Assembly: GCA_002104945.1 (NCBI GenBank) | Contig: MCFH01000054.1 | Coordinates: forward strand, 248,001-312,000 | DNA: 64,000 nt | Direction: 5' to 3' | Source: Piromyces finnis finn | Taxonomy: Eukaryota; Fungi; Neocallimastigomycota | In this document: in pieces, positions 26,408-39,245 of the stretch | How the letters are laid out: every line of letters begins with the position of its first letter | How positions within the stretch are numbered: position 1 is the first letter of the stretch | Made by a program: the position numbers and the translations under genes | The notes under the pieces: model-generated | Told to the model about the DNA's origin: nothing | What the model saw: only the letters and a program-made list of their open reading frames with translations | Databases searched by the model: none

Positions 26408-28105
26408 ATATTTAAAAAAATATATACTAATATCAATTATAATAATTGTTTAATTTATACGAAAAGAAAACAAAAATAAGTAATGATAATAAAAATATAA
26501 AAACTATATAAAATTGTAATTAAATAATAATAGACTATAAAATAATGTAATTAATTTGCATTATAGTCATCTCATTGAAAATTAGAAATAATCTGGGCAT
26601 TTCTCAATAAATATTTAAATTTTAAAAATAGATAAATAGAAAAAAAAAAAAAAAAAGAATGATAGTTGATGAAATTTTCAATAATTTTAAGATTGAATAG
26701 AATATATCGATATCGAATATCTAGTAATGAAATAAAGAGATCATCTATATATTTTTTTCTTTTTTATTTGCTATAAAATGGTAATCATACAAAGAGAGAT
26801 GATATATATTTATTTTTAATGCCTCGGTACAATATATATAACAGATTAAGAAAAACATTTTATCTAATATTATTTAAATTATTTTCTGGTCAATTACCCA
26901 TACACTTTTGAAGAAATGAATACTCATTAGCTTTATTAATTATTACTTGATAATTTTTTTTATGAAAAGAGTCATTAAATCAATAGTAACAATGATATAA
27001 TGATAAAAATGTTAACTCTAAATATAATTTTTTTTTATTATTATTATTTTTATTTTTCTTTATACCTATTTTTACTATAATGCGAAATTTACTTTCTTTT
27101 TTCATTATTTAAAAATAAAAGTTCATATTCTATTCTATATTGATTCTCTTTCTTTTTTTTTTTTCAGAAACGAAAGTTTCCTTTCAATATTAAATAATTA
27201 TAAAAAATTTTATAAATATTAAAATATCATATAACATATTGATATAATATAATTTATTATATTAAAAATAATTCATTTAGTATCGAATGACAGGTTTTTT
27301 TTAAAAGTACATCATGAATAAGTATTATTAATTCAATTATTTAATACTTTCTATTATTAAATATTTAGCACCTATTACAGTATTAAGTAGTTTAAATTAT
27401 AATAAGCTAACCTGACTTTTTTTTTTTTTTTTTAATACTTTTAATACTACTTTTTTTCATAAAAAGAATGGTTGCTTCTACCTACCACCTCCCTCACTAA
27501 AATCATGTGAATTCAGGGATTTAAAAAAAAAACAATTTTTGATATAAAACCTTAAATATTATAAAAAAAGAAATTTGTTTGATGTTTTTTACAGAAAAAA
27601 AGTGGATTCTAAAAATTTTGAAAATCAATATGATTTCAATTACATTATAATTTCTAACCAATAATATTTAGTGAATATTAAAATAGATTACATTTTTATA
27701 ATAGTTATGTATTAGAAGAATTCTAAATGCATACAATGTTTTCATATATGTCATTATGTCATTATGTCATTTTTTTAGGATGAATTATTAATAATAAATT
27801 AAATCATACATTACAAGTATATTCTATAGAATTTAATAATATAATTATAATATATTATAATTAATATCAACAATAATTAATTTTAAATAATAAATAATAA
27901 ATAAATTTTATTATTAATTATCAATTATTATATAAATATTGTTTCCTACACAAAAAGGTGTGTTTTTCTTTTTTAAAACATTTAAAAAAAAAAAAGGACT
28001 TTATAAATAATATAATAATAATATTTTCTTATTAAAACAAAAAAAAAAAAAAAAGAAAACAAAAAACAAAAAACGTAATATTCAATTACAAATAAATAAA
28101 TAAAA

Positions 28106-29786
28106 ATGTACAATTCTAACAATACCAGAGATATTAACATTCAACTTCAAGAAAGCGTTGGAGGTAATTACTATTATTTCATCATAACCATATCATAGTG
28201 ACAAATATTCTTAGTATAATATAGATTATATATAATATACATAAATATATATAATATAAAATAATAATAAAAGGTTTTTTTTTATATAAAAAAAAAGAAT
28301 ATATACTTAAATATTCAAAATTATAATTATAAATAACATAAATATTTCAATATTTATATTAATAACTTTTTTGTTATTTTATTTTTTTTTATTTTTTTTA
28401 CTTTCATCACTTAATATTTAAAATATTATGTATTGCTCAATTCTTACAATAAAATAAAAATGATACTACAAAATTATAATAAATAAAATATACAATTAAT
28501 AGCTGTATATGGCAAAATCAGTAAATTTGGTACAAATTTCTTCAAAATGATTACTGATCCAACCGCTGCTATTAATGGAGGTGGTGATGTTAAAACTTTT
28601 GATGGTCAAGTAGCCGGACATGGAGGTATTTTACAACTTCCAAACGGCAGTTTAATTAAAGGTTCAACTGATGTTGAACTTAATTTTTATAAGGCTGTTA
28701 AAGATAGTAATCTTCAATTAAAAAAATTTATGCCAGAATGTTATAATTTCGATCCAGAATATCAACAAATTAAAGGTATTTTTCTTAACCGAAAAAATAA
28801 AAATAAGTAAAATATATTGATAATACTGACGATACTAAATAATAAATTTTTTGAAAAAAATTTTTTTTTTTTATATTTTATATTATATAATTCATAAATC
28901 ATCAAAAAAGAAAAATACTTGGCTGGTAAAGATGGTTGTTTCATTAACATGCAAAACTTATTAACAAACTATCACAATCCAAATGTCATTGATATTAAGT
29001 TAGGTACCAAATTATATGATGATTACGCTGATGAAATGAAAAAGCAAAAAATGATTTCTTTAGCTAACAACACTACCTCTGCTGCTACCGGTATTCAAAT
29101 TTCAGCACTTCAAGTAATAATAAAAAAAAATTTATAATAATAATAATAATAATAATATGCTTTATATATAATTATACTAACAAAATATTCTTTTTTTAAA
29201 AAAAATACATTTTTCATTTTAATAAATAATTATTTTAATATTTATTATATTTAAAAAAAAATTAAAAAAAATTTTTATACCTTAGATTTTCGATAAACCA
29301 GAACAAAAAATCAAAAAGATTGGTAAAACTTATGGTAAAATGTTAACTGTTGAAAATCTTCCACATGCTTTATTAAGATTCTTCTATAACATTACTGAAC
29401 CAGTCTATAAAAATTCTATATACTCTAATGAAGAAGAATTAGATAAAAATTTCCTTAACCGTGAACCATCAAACTATACTGTTGGATTTTTCAAAGCTAT
29501 TCTTGCTCAAATATATGAATTAAGAGATGCTGTCTACAACAGTCACACTAGAATTGTTGGTAGTTCTCTTTGTATTATTTATGAAACTATTGAAGTTGCA
29601 AGAGAAGTTGAAAGAAGATGTCAAAATCCAAATGAATATTATTATCCATTCTCTATTCACCTTATTGATTTTGCACACTCTTATTTCGTTGATCCAAACA
29701 TGGGTGAAGATCAAAGCTTTATGACCGGTATCAATAATATTATTGTTATTATTGAAAACTACCTTAAAACTTTCAACAAAATTTAA
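28106..29786 (+). CDS. IPK2: Inositol polyphosphate kinase (IPK superfamily, IPMK/Arg82-like), 4 exons
   Basis: QVAGH; PNVIDIKLG (PxxxDxKxG); TTS; GSSL; IDFAH; C-terminal GINNII. An IP6K-type assignment is not excluded. Confidence 0.85.
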
Positions 29787-29823
29787 ACATTAAATTATTT
29801 TATCTCATATTCACAATAATAAA

Positions 29824-29861
<38 letters not shown>

Positions 29862-32471
29862 AGATAATTAAATTAAAATATAAATATATTTAAGCGAAAT
29901 TTCAATCATCAGTATCAAATCATTATAGTAATATCATAATATACAATACTCTAATAATACAAAATACAAAAAAAAAAAAAAAAAGTTATATTAATAAAAT
30001 TAATGTATCAAAACTAACATTAATTTAATATGTATTATTATAATCTTTTTTAAAAAAAAATATATTTGTTAAATATTATTCTTTTTCTTTTCACCGTTTC
30101 TTTTATTTTATTATTATTATTATTTATATATATTTCTTCTTATTAATATTTAAATTTTTTTAATACTTTTATGTATTTTTCAGTAAAAAAAAAAAAAATG
30201 AAAAAAGAAAAATATGGAGAAATGGGAAGAAAAAAGAAAAAGAAAAAAGAATTACATATATTTATTTATTAAAAAAAAAAAAAAGAAAAAGAATAAATAT
30301 ATCAATTTAAAATTAAAAAAGTAAATCCTTTTAATTTTAAACCTCAAAAATAAATAATAAAAAATATTCAAATATTATTGCATTAATAAATTAATTAAAA
30401 TCAAAATCTATTATAAATAATTTATATAAAGTTTTTATAAATATTATATTTGTGTTGTATAAAGAATTATAGAAATGATTAAGAAAAAAAAAACATTCTT
30501 TGGCCTGAGTACTATTATTTTTTTTGATATAATCGAGAGATAATAATATCAATAAGAAAGCCCAATGATATTAATAAAAGCAAAAATAATAATAATAATA
30601 ATGATAATTGTTCAGATATAAATAATTCATTTAGATTAAATGATCAATACATTAATAATTAATAGTTTTGATAATATAATTGATATTACTATATTTTAAA
30701 GTCAAATGGGTATATAATTCGACTTTTTCCTTTTTAATAAAAATAAAAGGATTTAAGATAATTCTAAATTATTAAGTGATATTGACTCAATATCGCCATT
30801 CTTTATAATTATTTAAAATCTTCTAAATAAAGCCATTCCTTTTATTTTTTAGTAGTGTTGTAGGCTATAATATAGCAACTATTAACACTGTACTAATAAA
30901 ACAAATCTATAAAGCTATTTATAAATATCATAGTTTTGTCTCCTGGTAAAATTTTACAAAAGTCTATTATCATTTCTGAATAATAATTATTTTAATTCTA
31001 CTATAATATGGTAAACTGGTTTATTTTATCTTATTCATTTTTATATTTCATTTATTAGAATTTAAATTTACTAAATATTTTTTTAATTATTAACTAATAT
31101 AATTGTTTGTGTTTTAAACGCGAAAAAAAAAAAAAAAAAAAAAAAAAAAGAAAAGATTTATATTATGATTAATATTTATTATAAACCCTTTAGTGTTTCA
31201 AAATAGTTTCTTGGACATTTTATAACATGATAACTCGGGAAATTATATTGAAGACATTTCTAATTTTTTTAATATTTAAGTTTTTAAGATCTTTTAGGTT
31301 GGGAGATTTATAATAAATAGTTTTGAAACTTTTTTATAATCATATTGTAAACTTTTGGGTATATGAGAAATTGTTTCACTAAAAATTTCATTTTTATTTT
31401 TGACTTTTGCTTTTTTTATTTTATTATTTAAAATTAAATGTAAAATATAAAATACTTATAAGCAGGTATACTGAATTTATTTTAATGAGCTTTATTAATA
31501 CCTTTATTAAGTTATAAAAACCTCAAAATATTTTGTTTTTATTTTTATTTCTTTAAATTTTATATAAATAATATAAAATATTGACTTTAAAATTTTAATC
31601 TTAATATTTTGATTCAAAAAAGCTTAATAAAAGGAGATTAAAGTTTATGTTTGATAATATTAGAATAAAAAAAAAAAGTCTTTTTTAAATATATATATAT
31701 TAAAAGTTATATAATAATATAATTATCACTAGCTTTAATCATATTAAAGTTATATTATATAACAATAAAAAATTAAAAGAAAAAATTAATCTTCAAAATA
31801 CCTACAAAATGAGTAGAAATAATGTTAATAACGATAATTATAGAAAGTATGTGATAAGAAAGGAAAAAAAAATAAAATAAGGAAAAAAAAAGATTATGGA
31901 AACATAATATTTTTATAAAAACTAACTCAATGTAGCATTTTTTTATTAAAATTTAAAAGCTTAATTTTTTTAAACCTTGTATTAAAAAAAATTTATAGTT
32001 TATTAATATTTCAACTTTTAAAAGTAATTCTATATGATAGAATTAGTATACAATATTTTGAATTTTGAATATGAATATATTTTAATTTTTTTTTTTTTTA
32101 TAATTTTTATAATATGATTTTAACCCAAATTTAATTTACTTTCAAAATGCTTATTATTCATATTTATTTATTATATATTAATGTTTAATAATGAAAAAAT
32201 ATAAAAAGTAAAATTATAAATAGGATAATAATTCTAATAATATTATAATCTTGATCACTGTAATACCATGTAATACCACCACAATTATTAATTGTAAAAT
32301 TTTTAAATTTTTATACAACTAAAAAACAAAATATTGAGATTTTTTTTTTTAATCATTGAATAAGATATATCAATGAATATCCTATCATATAATAATTTAT
32401 AAAATAACAAAACATAATTCATGCTTTTTTATCAATAGATAATTACTGAATATATTGTTTGATAATAAAAA

Positions 32472-35234
32472 ATGTTTAATAAACTAAAAATATTCTTATT
32501 AATACTTTTAAATATTGGTAAATATTATTATAACTCTTTTGTTGGACATATAATAATTATATTAATATTGTTTTGTTTTGTTTTTTAAATTTAAACCCAT
32601 ATATATAAATTAAATTAAAATATAATTAAATAGGGTTAATAAAATCCATTGAAGTGTTATTAATTGCAAATTCAGCATATGTTTACAATGGCATGTTTAA
32701 TGTGCTAGTAGATGAATTTAATAAATATTCCATTGAAAAGGAATTAAATATTCACTTGAACTTAGTTTTATTTTCTAGTGATACTACGGCATTTTATTCT
32801 GATGAATATGGAAATACAGTAGATTCTTTACTTTTAAGAAAGTCAGAAAAATATGATATTTATTGTTTTGACTCGGTTTATAATAATAGATATGGACAAT
32901 ATTTGGAGGATATAGAAAATTTATTGAAACAATACCATATGGATGATCATTTAAATTTATATAATAAAGGAAATGCCTTAAAAACAAGTAAATTTGGAGA
33001 AAAATGGATTGGATTGGTAATTTTTCCTTTTTCTTTTTATTTTCTTTTTTCTTTTTTTATTATTCTATTAAGTAGAATTACGCAAAATAGTAATTTTTTT
33101 TTTAAAAAAAACTATATTTTAAATAATTTCTTAATAAAAAAAAAATTGCATTAGAATTAATTGTATTAACATAAAATTACCATAATTAGCCTATCTATCA
33201 AAGATATTCAGTTCTATATTCAAACCAATTATTATTAGATAAATATAAAAAACAAGTTCCAGAAACCTGGGAAGAATTAATTAAAACAGGAAGATATATA
33301 TATGAAAAAGAAAAAGAAAATAATAATACATTACAATATATATATAATGGTTTATTTACAGGTATTTTAAAAGCACTCTTAAATAAAATATTATATATTA
33401 CGTGTATTAAAATATTTATTTAATTTTTATATGAATAGATTTAAATTCTTTTCCATCTTTTTACGAATTTATATATTCTTTTAGAAAAACATCCAAGAAC
33501 GAATTTCCTGAATTTGATAGTGAAGAAGTTTTAGAAGCCTTAAAATATTTAAAATATCTTAAAAGTGAAATTGCTTCTGGTAAATATTAATAAATAATAA
33601 ATAATAAATAAAATAAATTTAATAAAAATTAATAGGATATTTATATATATATATATATTTTTTTTTTCATACTATTGTTTTTCACAATAATAAAAATAAA
33701 ATAAAATAAAAAAGATGATATTTTTAAATATAATGAAAATTTTATAATAAAAGAAATGAATAAAGGAACAGGAATATTTACAAGAATGTGGGATACGGAA
33801 ACGACATTTCCACATTTAAATAAGACATCGTCACCTGGAAGTAAAAAAGGAATTAATACACATACATCCATCTTAGGCGGTATGAATGTAGGTATCAATA
33901 AATTTATTTCTGAAGAAAGGAAAAAAGCATCTCTTGAAGTTATTAAATTCTTTACATCCGAAGAAATCCAAAGAGAATTAATTGTAAAAAAATTTTTATC
34001 TTACTCCGCAATAGAAAAATTGTATGACGATGAAGAAGTATGTTCGTATTTAAGTTGTTTATTAGTAAAGGATTCAAATCCAATTACAAGAATCTTTGAA
34101 ATGGAAAATTCCGATGTGTATAAAGCAACTATTACAGATATTCTTAATAAATATTTATTTGAAAATATAAGCGCCGAGAAAGTTTTAGATGAAATTATTA
34201 ATATTAAGAAAGTATATAATTTTTCTATTAAATCGGCTTCCGGATTAATAATATTTGTATTATTAACTTCTGTAGCATGTATTATTTTATTTTTATTCCT
34301 TATTTTAATACAAGATAAATTTCATCAAAATTATCAATTATTTTCAAAAGATCAATGGTGGATGTATTGCATAGGAATTTTATTAATAATTTGTTCCCAA
34401 TTCTTTAATTATGGAAAATTATCTAGTATAAAATGTCAAACGAAATTTTCAATGTTCTTTTTAGGAATTACAGTTACATATATTCCTATTCTTTATAAAT
34501 TGACTATAAGTTTTCCAAATTCCAATAATAAATACAAAATATTTTATAAGAACAATAAAAATATATATATTTGTGGAGGTCTACTAATTGAATTAGTAAA
34601 TAATATATTATTTGCTTTTTCACCTTTCACTGTAGAAAACAAAATGTATTACGATACAAATATGAATAAAAATTTTAATCGTTGTACCATGACAAATAAA
34701 TATGGTAATATTATTGTATTAGTTGAGATTATAGAAAAATTATTTATGATGACAATGATTCTTATACTATCTTTTTGTGATTGGAATGTCAAAGAAATTA
34801 TGGATGATATTAAATCATTAGTTATTTCAATTTATATCAATCTTTTAACATTTATACTCTATATTGTCATACTCTATATCCCATTCACTAAATTTGAAAT
34901 TACTAATTCTCTTTCATCCTTTATCATTATGATCATGACTATTTCAAATTATATCTTTTTCCATTCTATAAGGATAATAATTATTAAGAACTCCAAAAAA
35001 ATTGGAAAGGAAGAAATTTTATATTTTAAATCAGTTTTAGTTGAAAAATCTGAATTTGTATCGACTAATACTCCTGAATCAGAGAGTTCTATTACAAAAA
35101 AAATTATTAGTTTTCATTATAGACCATATAGTATTGCTACTGAATCTGTTATTACCTCATCACAAAATTCAAGAAGAGTAAGTGTGCTTTCTGATAACAT
35201 ACGTAATAGTATTGATTATTCTGCAAATAGTTAA
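32472..35234 (+). CDS. Periplasmic solute-binding-protein (type II) domain fused to a class C GPCR-like 7TM domain, multi-exon
   Basis: Signal peptide MFNKLKIFLLILLNIG|LIKSIEV. SBP_bac_1-like motifs YDIYCFD, KWIGL|PIY..LYSN.LLDKYKKQVPETWEELI and SILGGMNVGINK...F.TSEEIQ. Seven hydrophobic segments in ORF 33756-35234, with the C-x...RC loop pattern of 7tm_3. Confidence 0.85.
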
Positions 35235-37652
35235 AAAAATAAAGTATATATTCACTTTATTTTTTTTTGTTACATAAGTTAAATGAAAATTAAATAGTTC
35301 ATTTAATTTTTATTATCTTTATAAACTTTTAATATTAAAACGTTATATTTATAAATATTGTTTCAATAAAAATTAATAATTTAATTCTTACAATTCAAAT
35401 ATGTATAAATATTATTAAAATATTTAATTTATCTTATATCTCATATTGATTTGGTGTAAAATATAAATTGAATTTTTGTGTATCTTTATATTATTTCATT
35501 AAACCTAGAATTTTTTTTTATAGAGTAATAATAATAAACTTTAATGGAAAAATAAATTATAATTAGAATAATAAAAAAATAAGACATTTTTACAATTTTA
35601 TACAACAAGAAATAATCTATTTTTATAGTGTTATAGAAGAGTGAATCTTTGATATTGAGAAAGAAATATTTTAAGTGAATAATAAATTATTTTGTTTTAT
35701 TAATACCAATAAAAACTTTTGGTTAATATGATCTTCTTTTCATATTTAATAAAAAAAAAATATAATATTTCTATTACATTTATGAAAATCATGTGTATAA
35801 TTCAAAAGTGATTTTCTTAATTATAGTATTACATTTCCTTTTAATCTATTTATTTTATTTAATAAAAAATTTATAAATTGATGTTATACACATGATTTAT
35901 ATAAATTTAATGCGCCACATAAATAACTTTTATTAGAAAATTCTTTTTTTTTTTTAAAAAAAATCATATTAATTAATTTTTAATCTAATCTTTTTAATTA
36001 TATACTTTTATTATTTTAAATAATAGTTTTAATGTAAATATTCATTATATATCTGTTAAATTTATAGTAATTGTATTACAGAACAATAATCTGTTCGTAA
36101 ATATAAGTAGTTTATGTTTATAAAAGATAAATTATTTATATTTACGAAAAGAAATTTTATTTATAAACTTTTAAAGTGAATCATCCATAAAATTTATGTT
36201 TCAAAGAATATTTCCAATTAGAAAAATTTTGTTAAATAGTGTGACAGAATCATCATCGAATATTTGAATGCATATTACACTTTTTCAGTTTACTAAAAAA
36301 GTATATCCGTTTGAGTACCGGTAAAATATTCTCATTAAAAGCTTGTATTTTTATGATTATTAATGTTTTACAACGATACAAGTTGTTTCACTATAATTTT
36401 TTTTTAATATTGAGATTTTCTAATTTTAGTACTAAAAATGTAAATAACATCATTAATATCTTTCTAACAATTAATTTTTATTTTTTTTCTAACGAGGTAG
36501 TGTTAATATCTATACATGTCAATTAAATTATAATATATCATTGGTATATTACATGTTAATGAATTATAAAATTTTATATATTTATAATTAGTAAAAAAAA
36601 CTTCATACCTATTAATAACCATTACTATTAATTATGGTAATAATTATTAATAAGTTTTATAGAGTTTTTATATATTTTCATTGCTATAATATCATAATAT
36701 TGAATATAGTAGAAATAATAATAATAGGTAAAAAATTATTGGGTTTTAATTATGATGATTTTCAAGTTTTTATTAAATTTTTTTATATAAAAAGAAAAAG
36801 ATTAAACTATGAATATGCTTTTATTACTCAAAAGTTATTGTATATTTATATATAATAATTATTATATATAAATAGTATTCATATATAATAGTAGGGATTA
36901 TCATTTTTTAAAAAAGTTTTTAAAAATTTCTGTTCATCTCGGCATTAAACTTTAATATTAATAGACCCAAAATCTTATTGGTTAAAATTAATTAATTAAT
37001 TAATTACCTAAAATAGAAATCATTTTAAATTTTATTTTGAAAAATAAATATTTATATAAAGTCTACTTCATTATAATTACTATGGTCACTTTTGATTATT
37101 GATAATTTCTGGTTATTTTCGTGTAACTTTTTTTAGTTTTCAACTTCACTTTTTTTTGTAATTTTAAAATTAAAGGTAATTTTATATGAATAATTTTATA
37201 ATTTAATTGTTTTAAATAATAAAAACTCATAGAAAAAAAAAGAATATGATAGAAAATATATTAAAACTAAGTATAAATAATAATATATATTAATATATTA
37301 GAATATATAATAATATATAACATATATAATGTAATATATTAAACTATTTTTTAATTCAAAAAGATTAAGAATTTTTCAAAAGGTATAAATACGCCTAGAA
37401 ATCCTTCTACTTTCAATTTATAAAAAAAAAAAAAAAAAAAAAAAGAATAAAGAAAGGAATCGTTAAATAAAATATTAAAACAAAATAAATAATATTCATT
37501 TTATTATTTTAATTATTTTTCTTTTGCATAATATTTTTATATTAATGATTCATACTACTCCATTTAATAGTTTCAAATTTAAAAAAAAAAAAAGTTTATT
37601 TTTAAAATTTATATATCAATTGAATGAGTGTATTTTGTAGAATCAATTTAAA

Positions 37653-38969
37653 ATGTTTAATCCTGGTCTTAAAGTTAAAGTTAAAAATGAGAGTTATTTT
37701 AAAAATGACAATTCTTCTCATGTGAAAGATCTAATAAATATAAAAAATAAAATTAGAAGTTTTAATAAACCTTATAACACAAGAAAAGAAGAAGATGTAA
37801 TTATCTTACCATATAAAGAAGGTGAGGATAATGAAATTCATCGAAATATTATATTTCAAAATAATTCTTTTAACGACATAAATATCAAAGATATATTTTT
37901 ATTAAGTACAGATTGTTTTACATATCATCAAGAAAAAACAATAAAAGATTATATTCAAAAAATAGAAGTAATTAAAGAATCAAAAAGATCATTAGAATAT
38001 TTTGTTAAAACAAAATCATTGGAAAGAAATTATTTAAAAAGTAATAAGGAGGTTTCAGTTAAATTCGAAACAAATCCTAATTACAATTATTTCATAATTA
38101 TTACTTTAACAAATAATGATGTGTATATTTCCCAACCTCATTCTAATAGAACATTAAAACATTTTTTACAAAAGGGAAAAAAATCATATCTCATTAATTT
38201 ATTTCAAAAAAAACATATAAATACATTCCTATTTTATATCAAAATATTATTTAAAAAGAATACTGATAAATTTAATAAAGACTTAATATATGATTTTGAA
38301 ATGTATAAAATTGATTCTCGTATTATTGATGATATTAATAATAAAGGCACTCATACACATTCTCTTGATGATTTAGAAGAAATTTTGTGTAATATTCTCA
38401 AACAAATGAGAAAAAATCAAAATTTTACTGAGAATGAAAATAACAAAAGTGAGTGTAAATGTTCTTCCTCCTATAAAAGGGATAAAATTAATGAAGCTCT
38501 TTCAATGGAAATTTCTAATCAAATTTCCAGTCCAATTTATGAAAGAGATGATAATACATCAAAAGATAAAAAATATTATGATTCATTAATGAATGATTCT
38601 TGTGATACATCAATAGATAATAGAAATAATATTGTCGATGATGTAAATTTAACAAAAAATAAAAAAAGGAAAATAAATAATCATGGAATACAAGTTGAAA
38701 AATATGAAGAAATTTTATTGTATAATGAAATATTTTATAATATTATAGTATATAAAGACGAAAATAAAAATGTTAATGAAGCTATATTAGTAAACGAGTT
38801 ATTTTCAGAAATTGGATATTATGAGAAATATTCAAACAATAATGATAATATGTTTCTTATAATTGATGGCATTAAAGTTTTATGTTATAATAATATAGAT
38901 GGTTCTATAGATATATTAAATGCTGATATATTAAAAAGAAAAATTAATCAAAAAAAAAAAATAATTTAA
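37653..38969 (+). CDS. Hypothetical 438-aa intronless protein (K/N/I-rich; basic KNKKRK motif)
   Basis: Uninterrupted 1.3-kb ORF starting at a real ATG in ~85% AT DNA, very unlikely by chance. No recognisable domain. Confidence 0.65.
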   Translation: MFNPGLKVKVKNESYFKNDNSSHVKDLINIKNKIRSFNKPYNTRKEEDVIILPYKEGEDNEIHRNIIFQNNSFNDINIKDIFLLSTDCFTYHQEKTIKDYIQKIEVIKESKRSLEYFVKTKSLERNYLKSNKEVSVKFETNPNYNYFIIITLTNNDVYISQPHSNRTLKHFLQKGKKSYLINLFQKKHINTFLFYIKILFKKNTDKFNKDLIYDFEMYKIDSRIIDDINNKGTHTHSLDDLEEILCNILKQMRKNQNFTENENNKSECKCSSSYKRDKINEALSMEISNQISSPIYERDDNTSKDKKYYDSLMNDSCDTSIDNRNNIVDDVNLTKNKKRKINNHGIQVEKYEEILLYNEIFYNIIVYKDENKNVNEAILVNELFSEIGYYEKYSNNNDNMFLIIDGIKVLCYNNIDGSIDILNADILKRKINQKKKII

Positions 38970-38990
38970 ATTTCCTAATTCAAATAAATA

Positions 38991-39245
38991 TTATAGTAAT
39001 TTATGTAAAAGAGCAATATCAAATGTTTCATGTTACTACTACTTTAATATTTTTTTGAATTAGTACTACATTTTAACGAAATAAAAAAAAAAAAGTAAAA
39101 TTTATTATTTATAAAGGTATAAATAAGTATACCAATTAATAATTTATAATAAATTTTAAATTTATCATAGTAATTCAAAAAAAAAAAAGGTTATAGTAAT
39201 GTAAAAGAGCAATATCAATTGTTTCATGTTACTACTACTTTAATA
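38991..39245. repeat. Dispersed direct repeat, ~55-bp unit x2 (38991-39049 and 39191-39245)
   Basis: ttatagtaat(ttat)gtaaaagagcaatatcaa[a/t]tgtttcatgttactactactttaata appears twice, 200 bp apart. Confidence 0.85.

Noticed and set aside
32190-32310. Minus-strand peptide NFTINNCGGITWYYSDQDYNIIRIIILFIILLFIFFH
   Set aside because: Looks protein-like but has an in-frame stop just upstream, no start or usable acceptor in frame, and is only ~40 codons.
38991-39245. Direct repeats as a CRISPR-like array
   Set aside because: Only two copies, 55-bp unit, eukaryotic context, no cas genes.
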